A DNA stretch of 64,000 bases from Hydrolagus affinis (taxonomy: Eukaryota), in assembly GCA_012026655.1 (NCBI GenBank), contig JAAILG010001386.1:1-64000 (forward strand), given 5' to 3'. A program made the translations under genes and the position numbers. Below, piece by piece: positions 37,817 to 50,537 of this stretch; position 1 is the first letter of the stretch, and every line of letters begins with the position of its first letter. Below the pieces are notes generated by a model. That model did not search any database and had not been told where the DNA came from. It saw only the letters and a list, made by a program, of their open reading frames with translations.

Positions 37817-38124
37817 AGAGTCCTGTAGCTCAGTGGTTAGATCACTCGCCTTGCAAGCGAGCAACCTGGGTTCAATTCCCAGCAAGGAGAAACCTTTGGC
37901 AAGTTTCCTTACTCCACATGTCTGATAATATTCCCTAAAAAAAAACAATAATAAATTGATCACTTCAATCCATGACTGTTTGTGGGATACTGCTGTGCAC
38001 AATTAGCTGCCGTCTTTCACCCACAAAAATGTTCAGTCAATACATTATATCCTGTGAAGCTCTTTGAGATGTCTTGAAGTTGTGCTAAAGCACTATATCA
38101 AATGCAAGAATTACTATTATTATT
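37817..38124 (+). mobile_element. tRNA-Ala(TGC)-headed SINE, short subfamily, well preserved
   Basis: A box TAGCTCAGTGG, anticodon arm CTCGC-CTTGCAA-GCGAG, B box GGTTCAATTCC, (TTA)n tail. Confidence 0.9.
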
Positions 38125-38537
38125 GTCTATCTTTCAATCCTATATTACTTGACCTCTACAACCCCCATCTATGGTGACTTCTTCCTTCTTCCTTGCTCAA
38201 TAGCCAATCCTACCTCTTTAAAACACTCAGGGATGTATCCAACATGAATAGTGCTATGTAAATGCAAGTTCTTGGTTGAAATTATTGCATCCTTATCCTA
38301 ATTTACCAACAAAAAGATTAAAATTGAAAAATAGAATTGCTGGTTGTAGCATGTTGCAGAAGCAAATTATAGGTCTTCTTTCTTACGTAAAAGTCACCAC
38401 ACTTCAGAGTAATTGTGTGAGGTGTTTTGACATGTTCAAACATGAAAGGATGCGATACCAAATGCAAGCCAAATTTATTTATTCTGCCAATGCTCTAAAC
38501 TGCACCTGAAGTAACCTGACCATCAGTTTGTTACATC

Positions 38538-38808
38538 TATAATAATAAACCTTGCATTTAATATTGTGCCTTATCATGTCATTGAGAAGTCTCAAAAGCT
38601 TCACAGGATATACTGTAAAGTGAACTAAAATTTTTGGGTGAAACGTGCCAGCCAATTTTGCACAGCAGGGTCCCACAGTCGAACAACTACTTTTTTTTAG
38701 GAGTGGTAGAGATTACCACCCCTGGAAAGTGATTCGTCAATTGACTAACAACTGGGTTCCTATTAACTGCTCGGTAAACAGAGGCGTGTGGAATAAAGAA
38801 ACTTGCCT
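38538..38808 (-). mobile_element. tRNA-SINE, long subfamily, headless
   Basis: Contains the uninterrupted site gactaacaactgggttcctattaactgc homologous to the Harbinger target. Confidence 0.85.
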
Positions 38809-39519
38809 ACAGTTTGATCCTAAACCTCCCCACACGCCTTCACCCTCCTCTCCCCTCATTCCAACAACCTCTTGTTATATATCCCTGTCATTCATTCCAC
38901 ACTGAAATTCTTCCCTTATTTCATGTGGAAGAATGTAAGCTATCAACTGAAGGTCAAGCGATCACATTAGTTCTGTCAAGTGAACCACTGTTGTGTTTCA
39001 GTCTAAAGACTGAGCATGGTTGAAATGTTCTGCTGGCGTATAATATGTTTCTGTTTTTATTGCGAAATCTAGATGAAGAGCCAAAGCCGATGATGCAAAA
39101 CACCTGCTACAATTTCAGAGTCACTTACATGGATTCCTATTTGGAGAAATCAAAGTTCCTATGATATAGAAGCTGTATCTTCTCTTATCCACTGTTACAC
39201 TCGGTAAGGTTAACTTCTTGATTCCAGCAGTTAACCCTTTGAGCAGATATATAGTATCAGGTCAAATGCAGCCTCCCGCGTTTGTTATTGGTAACAAAAT
39301 TTCCCTCACACAATTTTAAACATGCATTTTAAACTCTTCAGTGATACATTACTCTCCTACCAATGGAAGCCTAATACTGTACATGGCTAACCCCAGATTT
39401 CGCAAGAATTACATGAATAGACCTCAATGACTTTCACATGATGTTTTTAACCCTTGACTACCCTCAAAACACTTGACAAGATATTTTTTCAATAAAGTGT
39501 TTTAAATACATAGGAAAGG

Positions 39520-40340
39520 AACAGCAATATCAATTTGTATAGTGCCTTTCATGTTGGGAGGACAACCACATAAATAAATGACATTGTTGAGCACCTTTCA
39601 CGTTGGGAGGATAACAACACCAGCTCACACTTACATAGTGCCCTCCATGCAGGGTAGCATCTCAGAGCTTTCCAAACCACTCTACAGTCAAAGATGTACA
39701 CCCAAGCTGCGGGTTGGGATCAGGATGGGTGGAGGGCAAGGAAGTGGGGGAGTGGGGTGGAGGGTTGAGAAGGTGATCGAACGCCCAGTCGAAGAGGAAG
39801 GCCTTGAGACTGCTTTGAACGAGGCAAGGGAGGGGCGAGGCAAAGGGACTGCAGGGTGGAGTTCAAAAAATTGGGGGCAGAAAGACAGAAGACCCAATCA
39901 CCAATGGTCTCAAAGCACTTCATATAACTGACTGGGTGCTCGAGCTGAAAGGGGAGCTGAGAAGGGAGAGAAAGGTGGTTGAAAACATAGTTGGAAAGAT
40001 AGGTATTAAGGTGGGTTTTTGAAGGCAGGGGCAAGGTGCAGAGATTCTGAGTTGGAGTTCCAGAGAGAGATAGAGAGCAGAGTAGCTGAAGGCTTGGCAA
40101 TGTGATGGTGGGATATAGCTGGGGGAGGATGAGAAGCAGGCCAGTGTTTGCTGACCTGAAGGAAGGGGCCAGGCCAGTGTAGTTAGGTTCTCAGGAGGTC
40201 ACAGAGAGGTGAGGGCCCAGAGGCATTAGAATGCAAGGGCAACAATTTTTAGTTCAATCCGCTGGGAGATGGGGAGTTTATGGAGCTGAGTGAAAATGGG
40301 AGTGATGGACTCACAAAGCTTTGTGCAGAAGAAAACATGG
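39520..40340 (-). mobile_element. Cluster of nested L2 3' fragments
   Basis: Three successive L2-like tails (39520-39670) followed by two L2 body segments. Confidence 0.7.
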
Positions 40341-41669
40341 GCTGAGAGCTCTGATGGAAATCCATTTGATCCATCTCAAATCATCCTTCTGGCTATCATG
40401 ACATTTATTTGAATTTTGAATACCCTTGAATTATTTTGCCTCTGTCGTCTTGATCTATATAACACCTCTCCTTGTCTGACATAACATCTCTTGTGACTAC
40501 TCTCTGCTTCTCATTAGTGTCTTATCCAATCTCACTTTTTTTGATACAATGGATTCCTGCAGAGATAGGAGCTGCAGAGAATAGTTTTCATTTCAACTCA
40601 GTGAGGATGAAGAAAGAACAAACGACATATGGGACTGTGTATTGGAGAAACAGGAGTTATTTATTTGACGAGGCTGGTTTTTTTTATGTAGCGTCAGTAT
40701 TTCAACAGCCGTATGATAATCAACGGTTACATCAAAATCGACTGACCTCGCATCTCATGTATGCGGGCCACAGCAAAAAGGCTAGGCTTTGCTTCCGCAC
40801 AAACGCTTGAGTTAAGTGTAATGGATTGCTTTTGCTAACAAAGATGATGAACCTTTGAAGAGTAAGGTGACATGTTTAGCTTCACTGAAGCATGCCCAGG
40901 CATCATCAATGTCATTTTTTCAGGTACTCTATAGCTTAGATAGCAGCACACATCCTCTCACCTCCCCACGCTGTCTCCGTTGCAATACTTCTACTTTACA
41001 TTCATGGCTTTAATCAGAAAGCGCTAAAAAGTATTAACATTTGAGCTCCCAAGTGTGACAAGCAGGAGGATATCACACAGACAGAAGCAATGCTATTACT
41101 CAACATAAGCGAAAGGCCATTCTTCTTCCATTTACAGCACTCACTCAGCAATAGAAAAACAATTAGTTCAGCAGTGGAGTTTATAAAAAAAATCCCGCAC
41201 ACAAACAGTGTCTCACGCAGACCACACAAAGCTTCCTTTCGTGTTTATTGTTAAAATAAGCTTTTAGAAATCTGGGAGCCTGGCAGGAGAAAGGAAAAAT
41301 GTAGAGTGCTGAATAATAATAAAGATTGCTGCGTATAAACTATCAATGTATTGTTACTCAGCGATTGCACTCACTCGTTGAATTAACAGAAAAGTACATG
41401 TGCTTTACAATACCCACTTACATAAAGTGGGACTGTCATCATGGAAAATAGTTGGCAAAAATATTTTTGTGTGTAGAGGAAGAAGAGCCAGGGGACACTT
41501 TGTTCTCATCAATCTTACATGCAACATCATGAGTAAATATGGAATGTGACTTTTTTTGCAAACAAATGCCAATAGTTCCCAAATACTTGTTTAGAAAATA
41601 AAGTCTCTTTCTTGTCAGAAACCATCTGAAGTGCGATCCTATTTAGCTTTGACATTTCATTCTCTATCA

Positions 41670-41930
41670 CAAGATTAGTTCGGATGAAGAAGACCCTTTG
41701 GCCCCCAACCCATGATCTCAGCCCTCCAGAACACTCAGCCTACTAACCCTCTATCCTAGCAGCAAGCAGCTTGTTAAACAAGTTCAGTTCAGTGTCCTAG
41801 CCTCTATCATTTTTCCTGGAAAATTGTTCCGGTCGTTGATTACTCTCTGGATTAAGAAAACACTCCTCGGATTTGACCTGAAATTGTGTTTTACAACTTT
41901 AAATGAATGTCCTTTTGTTCTACTGGTTTT
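41670..41930 (-). mobile_element. Decayed CR1 3' fragment
   Basis: atcacaagattagttcggatgaagaagacc tail; tttaaatgaatgtccttttgttct is reverse-strand RTKGHSFK. Confidence 0.7.
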
Positions 41931-42514
41931 AATCTTTCATTTCAAATTGTATACACCTCTATGAGATACATCCCTTCTGGATCACTTTCCCTGAATGCTG
42001 AAAGGCCATATAATGTTCCACAATATCACTTCTGGGCATTTTACTGTTTGTTTTTATGATGTTGGGAAACCAGCCTGGAGTTCCCAACAGAAACTCAGTG
42101 AAACCATATATGAACCAAGATACAGTAGTTAGAACTGAGATCAAGAAAGCATGTTGTGATGAAAATATGGAATGCTCAGCCCACCAAAACTGAAGAGGCA
42201 GAATCAACAGGATGTTTAAAAGTTAGTATACATACTTATGTAGAGGAGATGTAAAGGGAATATGACAAAACCATGAGGCAATAGGATTAAAACGTCAAGA
42301 TCCCAAAATGTAATAAATTGATGGACGAGGTTTGATGGGCTTGATGGACTGTCCGTTCATTTTTTTTCTATAATCCTGTTTCCTAAATAGAATACATATG
42401 TACTTTTTCCAAGTCATTCAAAGCAAATGCATTTGGCCACTGTATATATCAAAGTGGATTTGGATTTCATCCTTATCACCATCTGTGGAAAACTCCATAG
42501 AATTTGCAGGTTGT

Positions 42515-42715
42515 AAGTCAACTGGCAGATTGTTTTCCGTGGGTAATAATCCCTTTTTTTAAAATTTGGTCACTCAATCCATGATCGTTTCTGGGACACT
42601 ACTGTGTGCAATTGGTAGTTGTGTTTCGCCAACAAAATTCACTTTATTCTGTGAAGCACTTTGAGATGCCTCGTGATAAGGTGCTATATGAAATGCAAGG
42701 ATTATTATCATTATT
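42515..42715 (+). mobile_element. tRNA-SINE 3' half
   Basis: ttggtcactcaatccatga...aaatgcaaggattattatc. Confidence 0.8.
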
Positions 42716-44351
42716 CTCATTTTAACATAAACTTTAAGACAGTCACTATGGTAACTAAAAATATCTTGGAGCATTTTATTTGAGCATGATGATTATTTTG
42801 GTCACATTGACAAGCAATCACATTTGCTGTCAGGTTATTTCCCACAAATATGACAAAGTTGACGACCTGTAAATTCAGGCTAAACGGACAATTTCATGCC
42901 AACATCTCACTGCAGAATCCCATTTGCAGGTATTGCAGAATTGACCAGAACTGGTTTCAGGCCGAACTTTTTCAGGCCAAACTGAAATTTTCCTTTTCAA
43001 TTAATTTGACTTATGTCAGATACAGCAGGCAATTATGGGGAAAAAATATTTTGGTGAATTTATTCCTGACAATAATGTTGATATACGCAAGTGTTAATTT
43101 GCTCCAAATGATCGCTATGTCATTTTGTGTTGTATCATGCCCAGTTGAATTAAGTTCTTAGCAAGGCTACAGTGTAGTGGAGGTGATGAACATGATCAAA
43201 TAATTAGCTTCATCGCACATGTTGATTATTTAGACGTGAAACAAATGACAACATAGTCACTCTGTTTCTAACCACAAAATGCAAATAGGGCAATTATGAC
43301 CACACTTCCTGCTGACAACATAAAGCTGTTTACGAAATAAAAGTTCTGCAGCATTTCTGGGGTGAAACCCTGAGAATAGAGTAGTGCTACAAAAGGATCT
43401 CCGTGATCCAAGATTAAAGAGAAAAAATAAATTAGGTTCCAGATGTTACAAATAATTCAGTGGATGTGCTCCCATTGCCACCATTCTCCCCTCCATCTCC
43501 TTTGCGGGAGAGTGTGTGTTTGTATATACAACAACAACTTGCATTTATGTAGCTACTCTCACGCAGTACAGCATTTTGGAGTGCATATAGATGTGATAGG
43601 GCAGAAGTCTGTAAGACCTTTCCTTGGGGAATGCAAGACCTTTCCTTGGAGAATGCAAATACCTCATAAGCTTAATAATGATGTACTGTATTTGAAGGCT
43701 GAGGAGTAGTTAAAGTATAAACCAGCTCAGTGCAACGAATACGGGGAGACACCACAACCAGGATGCAAGAGAAAGTACAGTGGGTTCCTGTGGACTCTTG
43801 CTTTTCTTTCATTCATAAGGTTTTTTTTGTTAATAAAAGGCTGTTATGAATCACTGAAAGTGACTCAAGCACCACAATAGCTCACAGTGAATGTTGGGCA
43901 AGAATAGTTTTGGGCTCAGCTTTGATGTCTTGTGAAGCCAAATGTCTGCTGACAATTTCTCTGGTCTTGTATATGAATCGTGTCCACTTTGGTGAGGTTA
44001 GATACTGCTGCTTAATGGTTTGTCGTCTTCTGAGATCAACTTACTATTGACCTGGGTGAGATCAGGTACTGAGGCAACACAGATCACAACCCACAACTGA
44101 GACCTTTCAGATCTCCATAAGCTGATTTGCTAAAGTTGCAATTGTTTCTACTCAATCTTCCCGACATGAAAGGCGCTCTATAAATGTAATTTAGTTTTTG
44201 TTGTTGTTGTTTCTTATAGTGCTAAATTTAATTGGAAAGTATATTGTAAGGACTATGAAGAGTTTGCTTGTACCCCTATGTCTCAGGTTCACTTCACTCT
44301 AGGCATTATCTTTTGATTTGACACCCACATACGTGGGTGAAGCAAGTCACT

Positions 44352-45007
44352 ATAATGATCTAGACAAGGATATAGAACTTAAAATATCTAAATTCACGGA
44401 TGATACAAAGCTAGGTGGGAAAGTAAGCTCTGAGGATGACGCAAAAAGAATGCAATGGGATATAGACAGGCTAGGTGAGTGGGCATGAAGGTCGCAGATG
44501 GAATATAATGTGCGGAAGTGTAAAGATATTCACCTAGGTAGTAAAAACAGAAAAGCAGATTATTTTCTGGAGGGGTAGAGACTAGATAGAGTTAATGTAC
44601 AGATGGATTTGGGTGTCCTTATATACCAGTTAGTATACAGGTACAGCAAACCACCAGGAAGGCTAATGGTATGTTGGCATTTATTGTTTCCTCTGATTGG
44701 AGAATCTATAACTAGGAGTCCCAGTTTTACAATTTAGTGTCAGCCTTTTTGAACAGAGTTGAGGAAACACTTCTTCACTCAAAGGTTAGTGAATTTATGG
44801 AATTCTGTACCCCAAAAGGCCGTAGATGCTCAGTCCTTGAACATATTCGAGACTGAGATTGATAGATTTCTAATGGATAGAGGGATTAAGGGATATGAGG
44901 ATAAGCCAGGCAGATGGAGTTAAATTAGAAGATCAGCCATGATCTTATTGAACGGCGGGGCAAGCTCAAGGAGCCGAGTAGCCAACCCCTAATTCCTAAG
45001 TTCCTAT
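44352..45007 (+). mobile_element. CR1 fragment with internal deletion
   Basis: NDLDKDIELKISKFTDDTKLGG (RT motif), WQMEYN-like and KANGMLAFI segments, then a jump near 44685 to the LRKHFFTQR region and 3' UTR with ttcctaagttcctatg tail. Confidence 0.9.
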
Positions 45008-45099
45008 GAAAAGCTTCACAATATTTGTGACCCATTTTCCAGTGAGTTTACATCACTGTAGAATCCATGTCTGAAAAACAAAACTCATCAGCATCCATT

Positions 45100-45394
45100 G
45101 CCTTTGCTCTACCGGGTCTGGCCTCCTACTTGTCCCCCGAATCCTCCGTTCTACCGTCAGCGGCCATGCCTTCAGCAACTACACACCGAGGCTCTGGAAC
45201 TCCCTTCCACAATCCCTTCACCTCACCCCCTCTTTTCCCATTTTCAGATCACGGTTAAAGTCCTTTCTTTTTGACCGTGCTTTTGGTCACATTTTTCCCG
45301 CTCGCCTGCTCGACCCTGGGATCTGTTATTGTGCAGCGCCCTGAGATACCATCCAGCGTGGAGAGTGCTATATAAATCCAAATGGTTGTTGTTG
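45100..45394 (+). mobile_element. L2 3' fragment (tail type B)
   Basis: cggccatgccttcagc...ctctggaactcccttcc; tail gcgccctgagataccatccagcgtggagagtgctatataaatccaaatggttgttgttg. Confidence 0.85.
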
Positions 45395-46164
45395 TATCTC
45401 ATGCACAGAACTGTTCGACTTATCCAAATGAGCTTCTGCTTCTAAAATAAATATAAGAATTCTATCTTTTCAACTTAACAATAAACTTACTAGCTAGATT
45501 CCAGTTGGATGCCAGGATCAGCCAGAATTTCAGTTTATGGATTTCCAATATTATGAATGTGACTTTCATGGCTATACCATTTGATAAAGGGTGTCTTTCT
45601 CTGTTATATTCAGAAAGCCCTCAATGTGATGATAATTTAATATGTTACTAAAATGGCCGTAATGACAATGTCATTACGCACAGCAGCTAATCTGCACCAA
45701 CTGATTCACACAACAGGAATGAATGGAATGACCATTTGATGAACTAGGATAAGAGGAACATTATTCAGCACACACAAAAAATTTCTCTTTTCCTCAACAT
45801 TCATGTGAAGCACCAGAAAAAAACAGACAGTTTAATATATCATCAGAATGACAGCTCACTCAGTAGTGCACTGAAATGTGAATCAAGTCTATGGGTTCAA
45901 GTACTGATGCAGAGCTCGAGACCAAAGCCATGAGTGCTACAAAATGAACCAAACAATATGGAAATCTCAGTTAGGGAAAGGTATAACAGTTTCTCAGGAT
46001 TACAATGCTTACCTTTCTAATCTGAAGATGACTGTTCACACAATGTTCATAGTGTAGAAGCTGCTACCCGCACGGCAGACGAACTTTTAGATGGCATGCA
46101 GTGCAGCCTGGTGTCTAACAATATCCGAGAAAACCAAACCACTTGCTAAACACCTTGGCAGAAA

Positions 46165-46337
46165 CCATTACCCTTGAAGAGCAATCTGCCGATTGGCTAA
46201 CAACTGTGTTTCTGCTTACTGCTGGTAAACAGAGGCATTTAGAGTAAGGAAACTTGCTTGAGGTTTCGCCCCACCCAGGAATTAAACCCGGATCCTCTCA
46301 CATGCGAGGCGAGCTAACCATCACATTATGGGACTCC
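46165..46337 (-). mobile_element. tRNA-SINE 5' half, long subfamily
   Basis: gtaaacagaggcatttagagtaaggaaacttgc...gggaattaaacccgg...ggactcc. Confidence 0.8.
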
Positions 46338-47189
46338 TATATAAGGTTTATATACAGGTAAGAGATAGGAAAAGAATAATATAGAATTGAAAACAGACAT
46401 ATAGTGTAGAATTGTCTTGCTTCTTGGTTTGCTAAAAAGTAAATAATGAACGAAATGTTCCACTCCAAAGAAGGAACACACAGATATACAAATTGTGCAT
46501 CAGATTGTTTTGTGCAGTATCGTGGAGAATGATTTTAATATAAAATTGCCACATTTTCTCCTCACCTACATATCCCAAACATGTGATGCACATCACATCT
46601 AATACAGCACAAATTCACTGCCAAATGGGGGGTGGAGATGCACTCTAAAATATCTACTTTATAGGTGAGTAGAGAGGTCATGTTGAGAATCTTATTATCT
46701 CTTGCAACCTTTGATGTTTTTCCAACAAAAAGCATTCTGTTCATAATTTCTTTTCACAACTGGATCTTTTCATATTTCACATTCCAGTCGGCACAATGGC
46801 AGTGGAACTGAATTTCAACAAGCCCCAGTAATTGTTATGTGTTTTCCTCCAGAATCTTGCTATAGGGGTGAATAGGCCTGTCATTTTTTTTTCATATTTT
46901 CTCCATAAAGGGCTGACATACTCCATACTGGACACTTGCCCAGTTACAGTGAATAAAAACAGTGAAAAGTCAGTGATTTATAATAATAAATAACAATCCT
47001 TACATTTGATATAAACACCATATCACTTCAGAAAAAGGCTCAAAACCACACTAAGTGAATGAAGCCCTGTTTTCAATTTGGAAACAATACAGCTGGTGTG
47101 TTCTCCATGTAAGGATAGAGAGCGAGAGACGCAAACATAAACTCTTTCTGTATGTGTGTGCATGCCTTCCTCTTTACTTCTGTTAATGT

Positions 47190-48200
47190 GCATGTCTCTC
47201 ATTCCGCCTTGTGCAGTAGTTCTTCAGGGTTCCGTCTTTGGTCCCCTCCTCTTCAACATCTACATAGTTGGTGACATCATCTGAAGACATGGGGTCAACT
47301 TCCAGATGTATCCAGATGACACCTAACTGTATCTCTCTGCTTGCACCTTTGACTCCAGGACCATTGTTGTCCTGACAGAATGTCTGTCAGAGAGCTAACT
47401 TTCTTCAATTGAACACCAACACTCCATCTCACAAAGTCAGTCCACAATCTTGCCCTTTTGTTCAATCCTCAACTAATCTTTCTACCCCAGATCCATGCTA
47501 TGACTTGCTCTGCCTTTCCCCACCTCACATAATTGCCCAACTCCACCATTGTCTCACACTGTGGGTCACCAAAACTCCCATACATGCATTCATAACTTCC
47601 AGGCTTGACAACAACAACAACAACAACAATAACAAATTGCACTTATAGAGCGCCTTTCACGTCGGGAGGACGTCCCAAGGCGCTGCACAGGAGGCATGTG
47701 ACGATGCAAACTCCTTGCTGGTCGGCCTCCCCAACTCCTCCCTCCACTGGCTACAGATCATCCAGAACTCTGCAGCCAGTATCCTCTCCCACAACTAGAC
47801 TCCGTGACCATATCAGCCCCACCTTCAGCCAACTCCACTGGCTTCCCATCACAAAGAGGATGCTATTTACGATCCTGATCCTCACCTTCAAAACCCTCCA
47901 AGGCCTTGCTCCCCCCTACCTCTATGACCTCCGAAGCCCCTACCAACCTGCCCACTCCCTCCTCTTAAAGGTTTTGACCTGCTTCACATCCCCTTACACT
48001 GCCGTCCACCAGGCCTTCAGCCACTTTGCCTCCATCCTATTTAACCATGCCTTCGGTCACCCTCTTACTCTACCCTGCCTACCTTTCACCCGTCTTGATC
48101 CCAACTTCCAGCTCAGATCCAAATCCCTGATCGGCCAGCGTCTCCAGATGTCCTCCTGACTTGGAAGGAGTTATACAAATGGAATTTGTTGTTGTTGTTG
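47190..48200 (+). mobile_element. L2 LINE RT fragment with internal deletions and a nested antisense L2 tail
   Basis: QGSVFGPLLFNIY, MYPDDT, HAFITSRLD, DHISPTFSQLHWLPI motifs; (TTG)n tail at 48186-48200. Confidence 0.9.
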
Positions 48201-48512
48201 GCTCAGTCCAATTCAATGAAATTATGATTCTGGATAATTAACGTACATACATGCAACTGATATAAATTCTGTAAGGAATGTATTGTGCAATGTCATAAAC
48301 TTCATTCCAATATCTGTCAGGGCATCAACATAGTTCAATAGAGATTATAGTCCACTAAGGGATGCGAGGATCATTATAAAACAGTTAGATAACCTTCCCA
48401 CCATAATCACTAGGATAATATTTTCCATGGCTTAAACTTCAGAACTAAAAACATTGCAACTCTATACCGGTCTAAAGAGGGAAGAGAACAAGGGGGCACG
48501 TATGGTGATCAA

Positions 48513-49342
48513 CAGGGTCAATAGAAAAATGCAGACATATTTTTTTTAAATTGCAGACGCTTTGCAAATCTTGCAGGAAATTGCAGGGCTTTGCTAAATG
48601 TGGGGGGGAAATTGCAGGGGTGGTTTGTGCTATTGAGGTACATTTTACTGCTAGATTTTTTAAACTTGATTAGAAACTAAACATAAGGAAATAGCATGTA
48701 TTACATTGTTGCAAAAAATTATTAATTGCTTCTTTAACAAAAACTGGGTGGACATTTTTTTCTTGGGTGGGGGGATGGGTACAGGAGCTCATTACCTCCT
48801 GGCTCTCAGGGCCGGCAATGCACACAGACCCAAAGACCCAGAGAGAGACACACACACACACAGAGAAACAGGGAAAGACACGCAGTCTCACAGACACACA
48901 GAGACACACATTCAGGGACACAGAGAGACACACATATTCAGAGACACAGAGAGTCAAACTCACAGACACAGCACAAACTCAGAGACCCAGAAAGATACAC
49001 ACACTCAGACCCAGAGAGACACACATATTCAGAGACACACTCACAGATACACACACTCACAGACACAGAGAGACACACTCACAGATACAGACAAACACAC
49101 TCACAGACACAGAAAGATACACTCACAAACACAGAGACACATACTCAAAGACAATCACAACCGCAGGACGGTTCTGAGCTTGGCCTTTTGCTGCCCCGCT
49201 CAGAAGCGTCCAGAGTCGTTCTGCCAGAGTGTTCCTTCGGGCCAGAAAATACACCTATGACAGGTTTTGTAGCACACGGGGAATGTTGTAGTAGAAAATG
49301 TGGTGCGGCCACACTTTTCTATTGATTTACGTTGTGACCCTC
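48513..49342 (+). mobile_element. Non-autonomous hAT-like element with CA/GA satellite, copy 2
   Basis: Starts cagggtcaatagaaaa; ends cacttttctattga...ccctc; colinear with 13698-14560. Confidence 0.65.
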
Positions 49343-50300
49343 CACAGTTGGTGAGCACACTGTCACCTCTTGTCACCATAGCACTTTTCTGGGTGTCAGT
49401 TGTTGGGTATTGACATAAGTGGTTGGTCATACATGGTGAAGAATATAAGAACAATGGGAATTCTGTAATTTCATCTCAGTAATTGAGTCTTTGACATTTG
49501 CGAAGTAAGAATCATAGAATATTTACAGCACAGAAAAGATCCATTCAGCCCATTCTGTGTGTGTGTGCGTGTGCGTGTGTATACTGGGCTAACTCCCCCA
49601 TTGGAGTTATATACTCTAATCCTATTCCTCTTGCCCTTCAATATTATTTTTCTTAGCTGTATTGATACAATGCCTCAGTAAATGCTGCTTCAAAAATCAA
49701 TGATACCATCAATGTTAAGTATTTTGAATCCTGGCCATCCTTCATGTCAAAGTGGAGTCCTTCACTTTAACAGATTCATGCCACATGTGGCTGAGCACAA
49801 TCATTTGTTAGCTGCATACGTTAGCTGGTTCGTATTGCTGTCCAAGGGCCAAGGCACCAGGCAGAATTGCTGCCTAATGACAGAATGTTTGCTCAGCAAT
49901 GCTATTTTATATGCCTCATTGTACCTCTGTGCAAAATAGTCATGAGACACATTTTCGGGCCAATGTAGAAATTGACAATGAGTACCAGTAGGCTTAAGTT
50001 GTTCATCACATTCAACTCCTGCAGCCAGAGATGAGATGTTGTTGCTGGGAATGATGTAATGGCATTGAAGATGGATTGAGGCACAGACACAACCAGCTAA
50101 ATGGCTTCCTGTTTTTAACATTTTGTATTTCTATGTCTCCAATACTGGTACATTACAGATCATCTATATTTTCAGTCACAATACTTCAGAGCAATTTTTT
50201 TTTAGATATTTCAATATTATGTGAAATGCAATGATAATCTCTAATTATTTTATGTGAATGAAAGTTTTTGAAAAAGTTGATGCTATTGACTGGCTGGGCA

Positions 50301-50357
50301 TCCCTCCCTCCCTCCCTCCCTCCCTCCCTCCCTCCTTCCTTCCTTCCCTCCCTCTCT
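50301..50357. repeat. (CCCT)n/(CCTT)n microsatellite
   Basis: Direct reading. Confidence 0.95.
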
Positions 50358-50537
50358 CGCCCACCCAATATATTTGCAATGCATGATGCCCACGCATGAC
50401 GTCGAGAAAGCTGGGAAAAGCAAACGTAGCTACTGTCTCTGAAACTGTGGATCTAGCTCTTCATGCAAATCAATGAGTCCATAACCTCTGGAGCAGTGCA
50501 GCTCTTGTATCTTAAATGAATCAAACAATTCTCCAGT

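Noticed and set aside
37817-37892. tRNA-Ala(TGC) gene
   Set aside because: Acceptor stem is not properly paired and the sequence runs on into a SINE body present in many copies
40472-40810. 112-aa ORF as a coding exon
   Set aside because: Non-ATG start, no recognisable domain and no clear splice boundaries
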